Assembly (NCBI GenBank): GCA_011109175.1
Contig: RDEW01000017.1
Location: forward strand, 124,001 to 188,000
DNA from: Dicyema japonicum
Lineage: Eukaryota > Animalia > Dicyemida
Reading direction: 5' to 3'
DNA length: 64,000 nt
The stretch's first letter is position 1. Every line of letters starts with the position of its first letter. Below the pieces are notes generated by a model. It worked only from the letters and a program-made list of their open reading frames with translations, was not told the DNA's origin and made no database searches. A program made the translations under genes and the position numbers. Below are positions 41,200 through 53,441 of this stretch, piece by piece.

Positions 41200-44100
41200 C
41201 CGAAATTATCCTCAACATCGTTTCGGTGAACGTCAGGTCCCTCATGAGGAGAAGGAAGGCTGTTGAAGATCTTCTTGATACCATGGAGGTCGATATCTTG
41301 GTCCTCAACGAGACCAAGTGAAAGGATTTATTTATTAATCCCGGGATCACCGAGAAAGAAACACAAAAGAAATGTCAACTAGTTAGGTGATCCCAGTTCC
41401 CGAACCAAATGTGCCATCCAAAGTCTGTGCGTCTCCAGTGTTCCAACTGCCGAACGGAAATGGCTTCATTGATCCTTGCAGAGGAAGCCGATTGGGGACG
41501 GAAATTTCTTAGCCAACCGATTTTCTTTTACGTGGAACAGCGAGTGGCTTAGTGGGTGTCCATCTTCCTCGCAAATGTGGAGAAATCCGGAACCACATCT
41601 GAGGATACGGCTTTAGAGGCTATACTAGTTGTCATGTCTTATGGAATGATATACACCGAGGTTCAGGCACTAGTATCTATTGGAGGACGAGTCTCGCAGT
41701 AGTTGTCCAAGGTATTTCACACTGTCCCCGTTGCGAGCTCATCTTAATATGCGTTAGGTTTCCATGTTTTTCTATTATTATTGGGGCTGGCCAAAAATCT
41801 AGGACTCTCCGTTACGACATCGACGGATCCTAACCATAAGAATACAAAAGGTGGAGAGGACTACCTTGGAATGGCAGCTGCATCTCCGTCGTTACTTGGT
41901 TTGTTGTCTTTACCTCGGGTTCTTAGAGATATCGGAAGTGATCACCGGCCCCTAACGACCGTACTTCACGAACCTGTTCGAACTCAGGCCCCAATTGGCT
42001 ATGACTTGGGCTCCGGCAATTGGAATAACCTGGAGGCGTTCATGGATAGAAAACTTTCTTCTTTTAAAGGGTTAGTTTGTAGTGAGGTAGAGCTGAACGA
42101 AATGGGTGTCCCCTTCACCGACATCCTTGAAGAATACATGCGGACGAATTTTCGATTGCATCGATATGGGGAGAGTCGTACACGAATTCCAGTAAAATAA
42201 TACTTAGAAAGAGGTTCATCCGATTCCGTGCCAAGTGTAGATACGAGGAGAGCCGTATCTACTACAAAAAGAAGATTAATAAAAAAGGGACTTAAGGACT
42301 TCGAAAGTGAGAAGTGGAGGAAGGCCTGTGAGAGGGTGAATCCAGCATGGCCGGAGTTTTGGAAGCAGCTGAAGAGCTTGTCGAGTAGAGGGGAGGAGTC
42401 GTCTACGCGTACCTGTATCGTTCGGATAGCTCTAAAAACTCGGACCCGGCCGAAATTACGGAGTTATTGGCAGCAAGTTTCGGTTCCATTTCGATTATTT
42501 GTCCAGGTGAATTTGCCCGTCAGTGCGTGCAAAATGTTATCTCTTCGTAGAAAAGCAAACTGTGCAGCTTTTAGGAGGCTCGAACGCTACTTACCATACA
42601 ATAGCCATGGAAGAGGTCCTAGTGCTATATAAAAATTCAAGAACAATGCCCCCAATCAGGACAAGATTCCCATGGCCCTTTTCAAGAATGCCCGGTAAGT
42701 CTACTGCAGAGATTAGTAAGGATGTTTAACGGTAGGCTCAGGTTGGGTTACGTTCCTTGGCGTTGGAAGGAGGCGGAACTGATTTTTGTAAGGAAACCAG
42801 GAAAACCTCCGGAAGATCCTAGGAGCTATCGCCCTATTAGCCTGTTGCCTGCCGTCGCTAAAATCTTAGAGAGAGTAATGCACCAGAGGTTAGCCCAGGA
42901 ATGCATAAGAGACATCCTCTCGGACCTTCAGATTGGATTCTGGAAGAGGAGATCCTGTGGTGATTGCCTTTGGAGGTTGAGCTATCAGATCCGCGACCAG
43001 AAGAAGATTAAGAAGTGTACAGTTGCACTATTTCTTGACGCGGAAAGGGCGTTCGACTCGGTCTGGCACGACGGCCTCCAATGCGCCCTAGTGGAAGCAG
43101 AAATTCCCATGAGCTGATAAGTTGGATTTCCAGCTTCTTAGAGGACCGAACGAATTATGTGAGGCATAAAGGTTGCCGATCTAGTTTGTTTAGATCTAAC
43201 CGGGGAGTTCCACAGTGTGAGCCCAACCCTTTTTAACATTTATTTGTCAACGCTCCCTCACCAAGCCAATGTGAGGACGGAGATGGATGTCTATGCTGAT
43301 AACATAGTGCTCTGGGATCACCGTGGAAACTAGATGTGGCGTGTCAAAGAATGCAAGACGCCTTTGATAAAATCATACACTGGTGTGAAAGCAGAGGACT
43401 CAGGCTCAGGTCTGAAAAGTGCAGGTTATTAGTCTTTAACTGCCCTAAACAGCCTAATAATATAATACCTAGAGCAGAGCTTTTCAAAAAATAATGCTCG
43501 CGGCACACTAACCGTAAAAAATAATCAACGGCACATATTAAAAAATAAAAAATTAAATTTTTAAGATGTGTAAAACTAAGTACAAAAATTGGTAATTTAA
43601 TTCCCAAATTTTTATTAATAAAAAAATATAATCTTAATTATTATTGTTTTTGCATATATCATCAATATCAGGTCGAATGGTTGACAAAACCACCCGCATG
43701 TTGTCTGACAAAGGTATCTTCATTATTTTTTTGTTCATATTTATGACCAAACATAGTCCGAGCAAGAATACGACAAGCAGGGATTATCATGTTTTCGACA
43801 ATAGTGTGAGGTTTTAGTTGTTTTGCTATCAATTCTGAGATCAGGTATGAATATTTCAATGATTCCTTTGTGTTTAAAAAAGTTTCACTGAACATCATTT
43901 GACTAGATCTACGATTCATAGTAAAAGCTAAATAATACATGTGTTGTTTTTTCAAATGGATAAAATAATCCACAGATTTTTACGGAATAGTCCGGATGCT
44001 TGTTAGTAAAATGTCTCTTTAGTTTGCTTGGAACCGTTGCATCATTTGCCAAGACTTCCATGCAACTTAGACATTGAGGTAGTTTATTTTTTATCTTTGC

Positions 44101-44800
44101 ATATAAATCCAAATGACAAATAAGAATATTTATAAGAACGACGAACTGATTTACCCATAAGCATGTTGATGCGCACGTTATTAAAAAATCAATAAATAAT
44201 GGTTAACCAATGTAAAGTCATTTAATTATAATAAAAAAATGATTATTTTAATTTTAGTAATTATTTTAATTTGTTTATCTTTTTAAATTAATTAGGTCAA
44301 AAAATGTATATAAATTTATTAAAATTTGTATTTGGCAGGCGGCACACTAGAAATTGTCTCGCGGCACACCGTTTGACAACCTCTGACCTAGAGTGACCAT
44401 CTATGGGGTACCTATAAAGGTCACTGAGCGGACAAGGTACTTTTGAGTGATTTTCAACTCAAAGTGTAGCTTCCAGGAGCACACTGCCCTCGTTAAGAGG
44501 CGGGCAGTGCAAAGGTTGCTTGTGATGAAAGTTTTTGAGCTAAGCCGTGATGCCTAGGCCAAAGTGTTCAGCGCCATGGTGTTGCCTATGCTCACTTATG
44601 GTGCGTACTCCTGGTATAACAGTGAGGAACGCGAAAAGTGCTTGTTAATCTAAGGAAGGTCCGGCGACGAGCAATTCGGTATTCTTTGGAGATCTCTTAT
44701 AGAGCGTCATTGCCGGAACGAAGTTATAGTGATTTCAAGATCCAGAGGAGGTAATCAAGATCCTTCGATTATGAACGAAGGAAGGCAGGGGAAAGAAGGA
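41200..44800 (+). mobile_element. Jockey/I-like LINE (APE plus RT), degenerate, interrupted by a hAT; an opposite-strand RT remnant lies at 40584-41180
   Basis: VSVNVRSL..DILVLNETK; GSDHRPL; WKEAELIFVRKPGK..SYRPISLLPAVAKILER; LFLDAERAFDSVWHDGL; the reading frame resumes after the 44386-44393 TSD. Confidence 0.85.
43475..44385 (-). mobile_element. hAT/Buster internally deleted transposon, 911 bp
   Basis: TIRs CAGAGCTTTTCAAA / TTTGACAACCTCTG; TSD ACCTAGAG; PQCLSCMEVLANDATVPSKLKRHF, KPHTIVENMIIPAC. Confidence 0.92.
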
Positions 44801-44885
44801 GTCACAAAAACGCTGCCACAAGGCGGTTAAAATGACGAAAATTTGACTTCCCTAACTATTTACAATTTTTGCATAATAAAAGAGT

Positions 44886-45661
44886 TTAATCGTAAAAAAA
44901 TCGTAAAGAGGTTGTGATACTGGTCAAGATGAGACCTAAACGACAATTACACCAAAATTAACCAACTAGGAGAATCGAAATCCCGTAACTTAACAATTTG
45001 GACTTTTTTAATATTTCACCACTAAAAGTAAATTTGAATAGAAACTTCGAATTTGGCTCTGCTGTGCTTGCTATAGCAGGAGTAGCCGGTGTCTCGGAGA
45101 AGGAAGTTATCTTGGGTGAAGCATTTTCAGAGTCATGTGGTAAAAATTGATTCGACTCAACTGGGTTGATTTTCATGGCTGTGTTGGCTTCTAGTATATT
45201 GATTTAGACTAAACCATTATATTGAAGATTCGTGGGGGAAGTTATTTTTGCTACAGAGGATGAACTAATGTTCTCATCGTCGTTCACTTCCACTATAAAG
45301 TAATTAATAGTATTATACGTTTGGGAGTCGCTGCGTCAGGAAATTTTAAAATTGGCTTATATATTTTTGTGTTCAGTACTTTATTGGATGTATAACCTAA
45401 CTAAGCAAAATTTCATACGAGTTTCAGGAAGTTCAGGAATATTAAAATAATCAGTGTCTTGCAAACTTTCCACGGTCTTGCTTTCCACTGGAAATCAAAC
45501 ATTGGATACTACTTTTACTGTATTCATTGATGAACTTTTTGTTGGATTCGTTCGATAGCTTGGATAAGTTAAATAACTACCAGTGACACGAGCTTTGTTG
45601 ATATTACCTTATATTTTTCTTTAAATTTTGTTGTTCCTTGTCGTTTGTGGGTTGAATTCAT
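44886..45661 (-). CDS. Orphan single-TM protein, copy 1 (about 200 aa, seven introns of 22-27 nt, TM at the C-terminus)
   Basis: Splices to an open frame: MNSTHKRQG..|LSNES..|ESKTVES..PET|RYTSN..|EVNDDEN..|ANTAMK..TPATPAIASTAEPNS|NGEILKKSKLLSYGISILLV|GLILTSITTSLRFFYD*. Confidence 0.55.
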
Positions 45662-45720
45662 TTGAAAACTAACGGCAGTTTCGATATATATATAACGATT
45701 TTTATTTTTTCATTGATTAC

Positions 45721-46240
45721 GGGAACATTCAAAATAGCCTCCATTCAAAATTTTCTCTTTCAAAATGGCATCTATTCAAAATGGCTCTATTCAAAATGTC
45801 CTCTATTCAAAATGGCCTCCAAATAATTTTTAAGTTTTAGACAAGTTCAACAATAAAGATCATTAGATATTTATTATTATTAACCCCCGGCTTATCATTG
45901 TAAGCCCAGCACAAACAGTCATAACTAACTAATCCAAGGAAGGAACCAAAGGGAGAACATCTGCTTGTGTCGACCAAATCCATCTTCCAATACTTCATTA
46001 CAGGCTTCCGCTTCCGAAAAGAGGTGCGGAAGTAGGTCCGCCCTCTTCCATTTTTGTCCCACGTCAGATCGTTCAGCCAGAATAGATTTTTTACAATGTG
46101 ATTGACATCTATAGGTAAAAAAGGCAACTTTTTTTAATCTTATAAAAATTGATTTTGATGGGTCCTATGAATAAGTGGAACATTTTACCAAAGTCCTCCA
46201 AATTTGTAGAAGAACAAATGTTTCTTAATATGGATCCGAC
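45721..46240. repeat. Element with about six tandem (C)ATTCAAAATGGC-like motifs (45725-45820), interrupted by a SINE; inverted homolog at 47230-47470
   Basis: 46110-46200 matches the reverse complement of 47300-47380; AGGCCATTTTGAATGG at about 47445 is the reverse complement of the motif. Confidence 0.6.
45870..46075 (-). mobile_element. SINE 3' half
   Basis: Near-identical reverse complement of 47000-47190. Confidence 0.8.
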
Positions 46241-46309
46241 AGAACATATATTCAATTTAATAGAATATGTATTCTATTAACATTTTTTAATTAAAGATTA
46301 TTTCTTTAA

Positions 46310-46660
46310 CGAATGGTCATATAGCGGCTGTTCTGACTGGTTAGCTATTCCCTCTCAAGATGGCGAGCAAGATTCGCTCAAATAACCAGCAGCGCTCACG
46401 AGAGTCTCCTGATTTTGTAAAAAATCCGATTCCCTAGACGACTCAAGATTCCAGCGTCGCAGGCGCAAGGGAACCAGACGTCTCAAAGGCGAGTGGAACA
46501 GACAAAAAATCGTTGGGTAGGACTGCGTACTTTTCTCGTTTCAACCTCTTAACCTTTTCAGTGACAGAACAGGCTCCAGAGGCACTCTGGAGTAGGTTGC
46601 AAAGAAAAAACGTGACATTGCAAGGTGACGTTCTAGACAAGAGGTTTCCTGGCTTCAAAA
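46310..46660 (-). mobile_element. CRE-clade REL 3' end
   Basis: EKVKRLKREKYAVLPNDFLSVPLAFETSGSLAP; homologous to 35580-35900. Confidence 0.75.
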
Positions 46661-46753
46661 GGAAAGATTGTCATCCCATCTGGTCGTTTCCCGCCCCGCC
46701 TGCAAAGACCGACTGGTTCGACCATGGAGGGATGTTTAAAAAAAACACTATAA

Positions 46754-47200
46754 GGCTTTCTGGTGTAACGTCTGATGACATCGGATCTAAAGGTCGTGGG
46801 TTCAAATCCGAAAGATGGAGTTTTTCAGCGAAGGTCAATTCTTGTCAAACAGATCCCACCCGTGAGGCGACGAGTCCTTCTGGCACGACACAGTTGTTAA
46901 AAGGGATCTTCCTACCTTTCTCTCTAACCAAACCCTCTGATGAAAATTGCATTATGAAAACTATTTAGCTAAAGAATGAAGTGATGTCCGCGACGGTAGG
47001 ACGTGGGACAAAAATGGAGGAGGGCGGACCTACTTCTCCACCTCTCTTCGGAAGCGGAAGCCTGTAATGAAGTATTGAAAGATGGATTTGGTCGGCACAA
47101 GCAGATGTTCTCCCTTTGGTTCCTTTCTTGGATTAGTTAGTTATGACTGTTTGTGCTGGGCTTACAATGGTAACTGGGGTTAATAATAATTATTATTTTA
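46754..47200 (+). mobile_element. Apparently full-length tRNA-derived SINE, about 440 bp
   Basis: A-box TGGTGTAACG (46761) and B-box GGTTCAAATCC (46799); residual acceptor stem CTTTC/GAAAG; 3' GGATTAGTTAG and (TAA)n tail; four other copies in the window. Confidence 0.8.
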
Positions 47201-47479
47201 CTTTTCTCCTGTTTAAAATAAATCTTTCATTTTAAAGTTGTATAAAAATTAATAATATTAGAAAAGACGACTTTTTTAGTTAAAGATGTCAAAGACTTTG
47301 TTAAAATGTTTCAAATACCATAAGACCCAATAAAATCAATTTTTATAAGATTAAAAAAAGAGGACTTTTTTACCTAAGAATGTCGTTTTGGTAAAATCTC
47401 GTGATGTTTTTAATGAACTTATTTAAAACTTGAAAAAAATAATTAGGCCATTTTGAATGGACACGCTGTATTTGTGTGA

Positions 47480-48330
47480 TTAGTGGAAGGGGCTGTGCGC
47501 CCACTTGAAAACAGCCAAGATGATCCCGTTGAAGTGAAGATCCATGAGGAAGGATTCATGGATTACACCAGAATTAACTTTTCCTTCAATTTTTCCCTTC
47601 AAGAACAATTTCATTTAAAGAAAAGCATAGAGCAATCAAAAGTGAGGATCACTATAGCTTTTTGTGCTAATGAAACTGAAACAGTAAAAATTAAACCTTT
47701 TGTTATTGGGCATAGTAGAAGACCAAGATGTTTAAAAAATTTTGATTTTGAAAAATATTTTACTATGCAAAAAAAGGCCTGGATGACAACAGAACTTTTT
47801 AATGTTTTTTTTCTAGTCATCTTAGTGATGAATTAAAATGTTACAAAAAAAGTTTTTTTACTGATTGTAATGCTCCAAGTTACTTTTTAACGAAATTTTT
47901 TGAAACATTTAAATTTTATTCCTTCCAAAAACACAACTTTTCGTCTTCAACCAATGGATGCAGACATTATCAAGAAGTTTAAGCATTATTATGAAAAAGA
48001 CTTATTCTGGATTATATGGAAGTCCTTAATTTGGAGAAGATATTTTTGTGAATTTACGGAAGGCCGTCATTATGGTATCCCACGCATGGAATAAAGTAAA
48101 AGAAGACACAATAAAAATGTTTCAAAAAGACAAGGACAATAAAATGTCTTGATTCATTTGCTTATGAAGATATCATGCAAAATCCTGTTTCGGATGTGTA
48201 CCAAAAAGAACTGGAAGAACTTGCTAATGATGAAGAAATAAAACAGAAACGCTTGACGAGAACGCAATCGTCACCTTTTTAGTGAAGATTATAATGAAAC
48301 TATTAATACTGAAAATTGAGAGAACGATGG
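47480..48330 (+). mobile_element. pogo/Tigger (DDE_1) transposase remnant
   Basis: SKVRITIAFCAN..KIKPFVIGHSRRPRCLK..KKAWMTTELF; NTTFRLQPMDADIIKKFKHYY. Confidence 0.8.
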
Positions 48331-48419
48331 AGAATTTTCGCCAATACAATTATTAAATGCAATTTTTTTAACAATAACAATTTATTAAAGAATAAAACCA
48401 AATAGTTAAAGGCTACTGG

Positions 48420-49230
48420 CTGCTCTCAGGATTGAGAGCGCATTTCCCTTACGATCTGTAAGGAGATGCGCTCAATGAGCCAGCCCTTCTCTCAGACATC
48501 TCTCCTCCTTTTAGCGACTAACGATCCAATTTTGTTGAGCAGGGCTAACGACATGCTTCCTATGACTCCCGAAGTTTCGACTGCGACTGGTTCAAATGTG
48601 TACTGCTCGCCAAGGCATGTGTACTTCTTTACTTTAAGTATTTCTGCTTTCTCTGCAGCTGAGCCTGGATTTGTCGCACTCATTGTAATATTGGAAGGGG
48701 AGAAGCTATCTACGCAGGTGGCATCCCAGGCCAGGTACTTCCCAGCATCCCACGGAACAGAGTCGCTCCATCCGGCCTTCTGTTTGCTATGGCAAGTCCT
48801 AGGGGCTCCATCTGGACAGGGAATCCGGCAGCTTCTAGTCCCCACGCAATAACCTTGTTGATTGCACTATGTCTCAGGCTCTTTCCAGCGCTCCTTCGGC
48901 AGGAAAGTGCGTGGAGTCCTTTCGCGTCAACAATCCCTCCCATCTACCGCCAAGGATTTCGCAAAACCCAATCCTCGTGGAGTCATCGTCCAGAAAAGTT
49001 CCGAGTGAAATGCACGGGAATGCTTTGAGCCATGCACCACTTACGTTTGTTGATGCGGTAGCCAGACAAGCCAGACGATGCTGGTTGAGTTGTGTTTTTA
49101 GCTCATCGATGGTCCTCGAACATACAAGTTCGTTCCAGTCTCGTTGTTTGTTGAAGTTGAAGTTCTTCATGAGTCCCAATGCAATTAAAATTATAGAAGA
49201 AAGTACAAAATTCAATGAATTTCAGAAATA
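48420..49230 (-). mobile_element. CRE-clade retrotransposon 3' portion (REL domain); a further tip lies at 49290-49350
   Basis: GAWLKAFPCISLGTFLDD; HALSC..RHSAIN; RRPDGATL; PWDAGKYLAWDATCVD; FEPVAVETSG. Confidence 0.88.
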
Positions 49231-49699
49231 ATAGAACATTTAAAAATTTAAATTTTTTTAATAAAATAATTTTTTAACAAAAAAAACAAATGTTAGTTGA
49301 AAAAGCCGGCTGCTTGGATTGCAAACGAGTTCCCTCAAAGTATGGCCATTCCAAAAAAAATTTAAATACAATAAAGAAGTGTTAATTCAAAGGAATAAAA
49401 GACAGATAACGATTTATGACTTGATTAAATAAAACATAATTTTTTGATTTTAAATATTTTGTTACATTTTTATTCTAATAATTTATACTCCGTGTTTATT
49501 GAAATTGTAGTACGGATTCAGTTTGCCTTACTTTTTGGCAATATAAAGAAAATTTAGAATTTCTTATGGGCAATTCTAGAATCCGCTCTTCATTAATATA
49601 GAAAATTTTTTATTTAATTGTAAATTGAAAGTTAATTATAAGAGATTTATTAATAATTAATTTTTCTAGTAATTTGATTAAAAACTCGTCGTCCCTTCA

Positions 49700-50668
49700 T
49701 ATTCGATTTCCTGTGATTATCTCCTCATACGAAAAATATTTTTGACAAAAATTGATGCACCATTAAAGTTATGGTTAGCAAATTTCGTAAGTGGACGCCG
49801 AGGGAAAGTGTCCGTCGGAAACAAGAGTTCCAGATCGGGATTATTACCCAATGGTGTACCCCAAGGATCTCCTCTGTCACCAATCCTTTTTAATTTGTTT
49901 TTGAGTGATCTTCCCGTACCTATGAATAATAATGACATGCTACTTTCTTATGCCGATGACATAGTTGTCGCATCTAGAGACGTAAATGTCGAACATGCTA
50001 AAGAAAGACTACAAGGAATACTAAATAACATATATGGATGGTTGTGCGAAAATCGATTAAATGCATGTTCCGAAAAGTCAGAAGTCACTCTATTTACTAA
50101 GAATAGAAAGATGGGAACGCAAACAATTGATGTCACGTTAAATGGAGTACCTATACCACAAAAGAAATCGCAGAAGATACTGGGAGTAACTTTTGATACT
50201 TTCCTCTGCTTCTCAGCCCATGTGGAATCTATCATATCAACCTGTGCAAAGAAGATCAATTTTGTAAAGGCCTTCCTTTGGAACTGTGGAGGAATTTATC
50301 CGCCAGGTATCGGGACCCTCTACAAGCAGTATGTCGAGCCAACAATAGGCTATGCATGTGCTGCATGGGGATCTAACCTGTCGGCAACGAACCTAACAAA
50401 AATTCAAGAGATCCAGTCAAGAGCAAAAAAGTTACTAGAAAAATATACAGATAAAGAAATTGCCCCCAGAGCACTCGAGTCTATCATAGAGGCAACTGGA
50501 GGCAATTTCAGAAGAGGAAAGGAAAAAGACCCCCGTCCGTATAGAAAATGCGTGGGATCACAGTCGGAGCATCGAGAAAAAATGGCCCGATTATTGAGAG
50601 ATGCCGGGATCACCTGAATATTAGTTATTGGTTAAGACGGTGTTTCTTTGGCTTAAATAATAATAATC
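49700..50668 (+). mobile_element. Young 5'-truncated LINE, family B, with an open 291-aa RT C-terminal ORF
   Basis: NGVPQGSPLSPILFNLFL, YADD, KILGVTFD, ...LLRDAGIT*; (TAA)n tail. Confidence 0.9.
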
Positions 50669-51025
50669 TAGTAAACTGGTTAATTTGCCCGAAGGTTCAG
50701 ATGGTGATCTGCCTTTATTGCGCCAAATGTCTACTTAGCTTCATTAAAGCACATGTCTTCCTTCCTGAGAGCACGAATAAGGTGGGGGTCTCAGGAAACA
50801 TCAGAAAACCTAAGTTAGTAGCGTCGGATACAACATAGGATCCGTTCAAATCTCATCCACCCAAAATTGAAAGAGCTTGAAAGGCCATCTTTCGGAAGCG
50901 TACGTATAGGACAGTAGTTAATATGATTCTATGAATGTTGATTAATAATGTCTCAACAAGGAAATTCTTAATTTAAATTTTAATAATTTCAAAAATAATT
51001 ATTTTTCTATAGAATTAAAGCAAAA

Positions 51026-52120
51026 CTAAAAATCAGCGTATTTTAAGCATGAAAGCAAAATCTGCTTATCACGAATAATTCGTTTTTTGTTGTTGCTTTC
51101 TACTTCGAACAATCTGAAGACATTATCTAAGCCCTTCTTATTTTTCTTTCCAATGATATAATAGCCGTCTCCAAAATATCCCATTTGCTTCTTATTGCGA
51201 CCAAAATAGTATTTGTTGTCGTCATCTTGGTCATAATTCACATAAACTATCCAGTCCTTGTTTATGAAAGATTTGATTTCTAATCGTCTTTCAAACTCAA
51301 ATTTCTCAGATTTGATTTTCAGAATTTGGCACATTTTGGCATTGTCCTTCTTCAATCCCAAAAAGAAAGAGGTTGTGATACTGGTCAAGATGAGACCTAA
51401 ACGATAATTACACCGAAATTAACCAATTAGGAGAACCAAAATTCCGTAACTCATCAATTTTGACTTTTTTAATATTTCACCACTAAAAGTAATTTGGATA
51501 AAAACTTCGAATTAGGCTCTGCTGTGCTCGCTATAGCAGGAGTAGTCGGTGACTCGAAGAAGAAGTTATCTTGAGTAAACCATCTTCAGAGTCATGTGGT
51601 GAAAATTGATTCGACTCAACTGGGTTGATTTTCATGGCTGTGTTGGCTTCTAGTATATTGATTTAGACTAAACCATTATATTGAAGATTCGTGGGGGAAG
51701 TTATTTTTGCTACAGAGGATGAACTAATGTTCTCATCGTCGTTCACTTCCACTATAAAGTTAATTAATAGTATTATACGTTTGGGAGTCGCTGCGTCAGG
51801 AAATTTTAAAATTGGCTTATATATTTTTGTGTTCAGTATTTTATTGGATGTATAACCTAACTAAGCAAAATTTCATACGAGTTTCAGGAAGTTCAGGAAT
51901 ATTAAAATAATCAGTGTCTTGCAAACTTTCCACGGTCTTGCTTTCCACTGGAAATCAAACATTGGATATCACTTTGTCGTATTCATTGATGAACTTTTTG
52001 TTGGCTCGGTTCGATAGCTTGGTTAAGTCATATGAATACCAGTGAGTCCAGTTTCATAGAAATTGACTCGTAGTTTTCTTTAAATTTATCGCTTCCTTGG
52101 TTGATGTAGAACGGATTCAT
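51026..52120 (-). CDS. Orphan single-TM protein, copy 2, with a C-terminal domain of about 110 aa; contains single-base indels
   Basis: Paralog of 44886-45661 with the same intron positions; after the TM it continues KKDNAKMCQILK...LLSCLKYADF*. Confidence 0.5.
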
Positions 52121-52449
52121 TAAAAAAACTAACGGCAGTTTCGATATAATAGCGATTTTGATTTTGTCAACTTTTTATTATCGCCTTCTTAGTCCATGGA
52201 TTTATTTCCTAATATTGCATTTTTGAAAATTTCCAAAATTGAAGTTTCTTGACCATTTCCTAGATAGTAGTAGGCCTCAGAATTAAGGTGGGCGAATTCG
52301 GCTGTATTTTAATAATTACAAGACCACTAAGGAAAGTGTTGAAGCTTATTAGGTGATTCGAATTCGAAGATTTTTAGGATAACTGGCCTTTCTTGCTCAA
52401 GGAGGTGTCATAAGATGAAGGTCACATGGTTCATCTTATATTTATTTAA

Positions 52450-52890
52450 CATCCCAAAACCACGGTAAAGGCTAACTAATTATCACGGCTCCCGATGGGT
52501 TCCATTAGAGACCTTATCTTGGTCTGGTGTTCCTCCCTCGTGCCCGCGCATGTTTGCACTGGCGGCTGACTGAATCTACGGGGCCGCATTCTGGAGTCCA
52601 GTCACATTTAGGCCTCCAGAGGAGTCGGTGCGATTCGATCTTTTGTATCGATTAGAAACATAAAGCCGTTGATCATTCTTACCCCTGCAGGTGACTTCCA
52701 TGCACTTTGGTTACCATTCCAGATAATTCCATGAGTGCTACCATGCACTTCGAATGTCCTCTCTCCTACACGCACGGAAAAAAACGAAAAAGTCAGAAAG
52801 ATTAGATAACCCAAATTTGAATAGACAAAGGGGAGCTGCTGATAAAGAGGACTTTGGCTAATAACAGAGGACTCCTTTAATGTCCACAAA
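52450..52890 (-). mobile_element. LINE 3' fragment related to family B
   Basis: DRIAPTPLE..CAGTREEHQTKIRSL; 3'UTR TTAGTTAG...GTGGTTTTGGG. Confidence 0.65.
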
Positions 52891-52939
52891 GCAGTGAATT
52901 TAAAAAATCGAAATCAAATTAAAAAAAGTAAGATATTGA

Positions 52940-53441
52940 CTAAAGACGACGTCCTCTGCGCCCACCCTTTCTTCTGGTAGAATCAGTCGGATTGGGGTCA
53001 CGTCCTGTATTCTGCCAATATTAAGGCCACTACGTGCCAGAGCTCTTATAGCCGCCTGTCTCCCTGGCCAATCATTCGCTTTCTATCACAAATCACATAA
53101 AAACAAAACTTGATCCCTCCAGGTCCCCTAATCCTGATATGGACGGCATTTATATTTCTTTTCTTAGCCTTCTCGGCGGCATCCTGTGCAGCCAACATGG
53201 CTGCGTAAGGAGTGGCCTCGTCCCTGTCGCTGGTTACCTTCATTCCTCCAGTAATTCGACATATGGTTTGACTGATTAAAGTAAATTGACAATCAAACCT
53301 GCACGAGATATCCGTTATGTGAATGAATGTGTCGTTCTTGCTGGAATATATATGAGCCACTCCAAAGACAATATCGGATCCTGGAAGTTGGGCGGTCTCA
53401 GCTGCTTCGACATTTTTCAGACGCACTTTTTTTGGAGCCAT
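52940..53441 (-). CDS. RPS14: 40S ribosomal protein S14 (uS11); two 27-nt introns
   Basis: [80 protein letters not shown]. Two single-base deletions are needed. Confidence 0.93.

Noticed and set aside
45401-45418. 18-nt intron plus signal-peptide model (MFDFQW...LIILIFLNFLKL) for the orphan gene
   Set aside because: A 22-nt intron using the next AG gives a fully open seven-intron model in copy 1 with typical intron sizes; this is more parsimonious.
46754-46820. Functional tRNA gene
   Set aside because: The D-arm and T-stem are degenerate and the sequence continues into a repeated body, so it is a SINE head.
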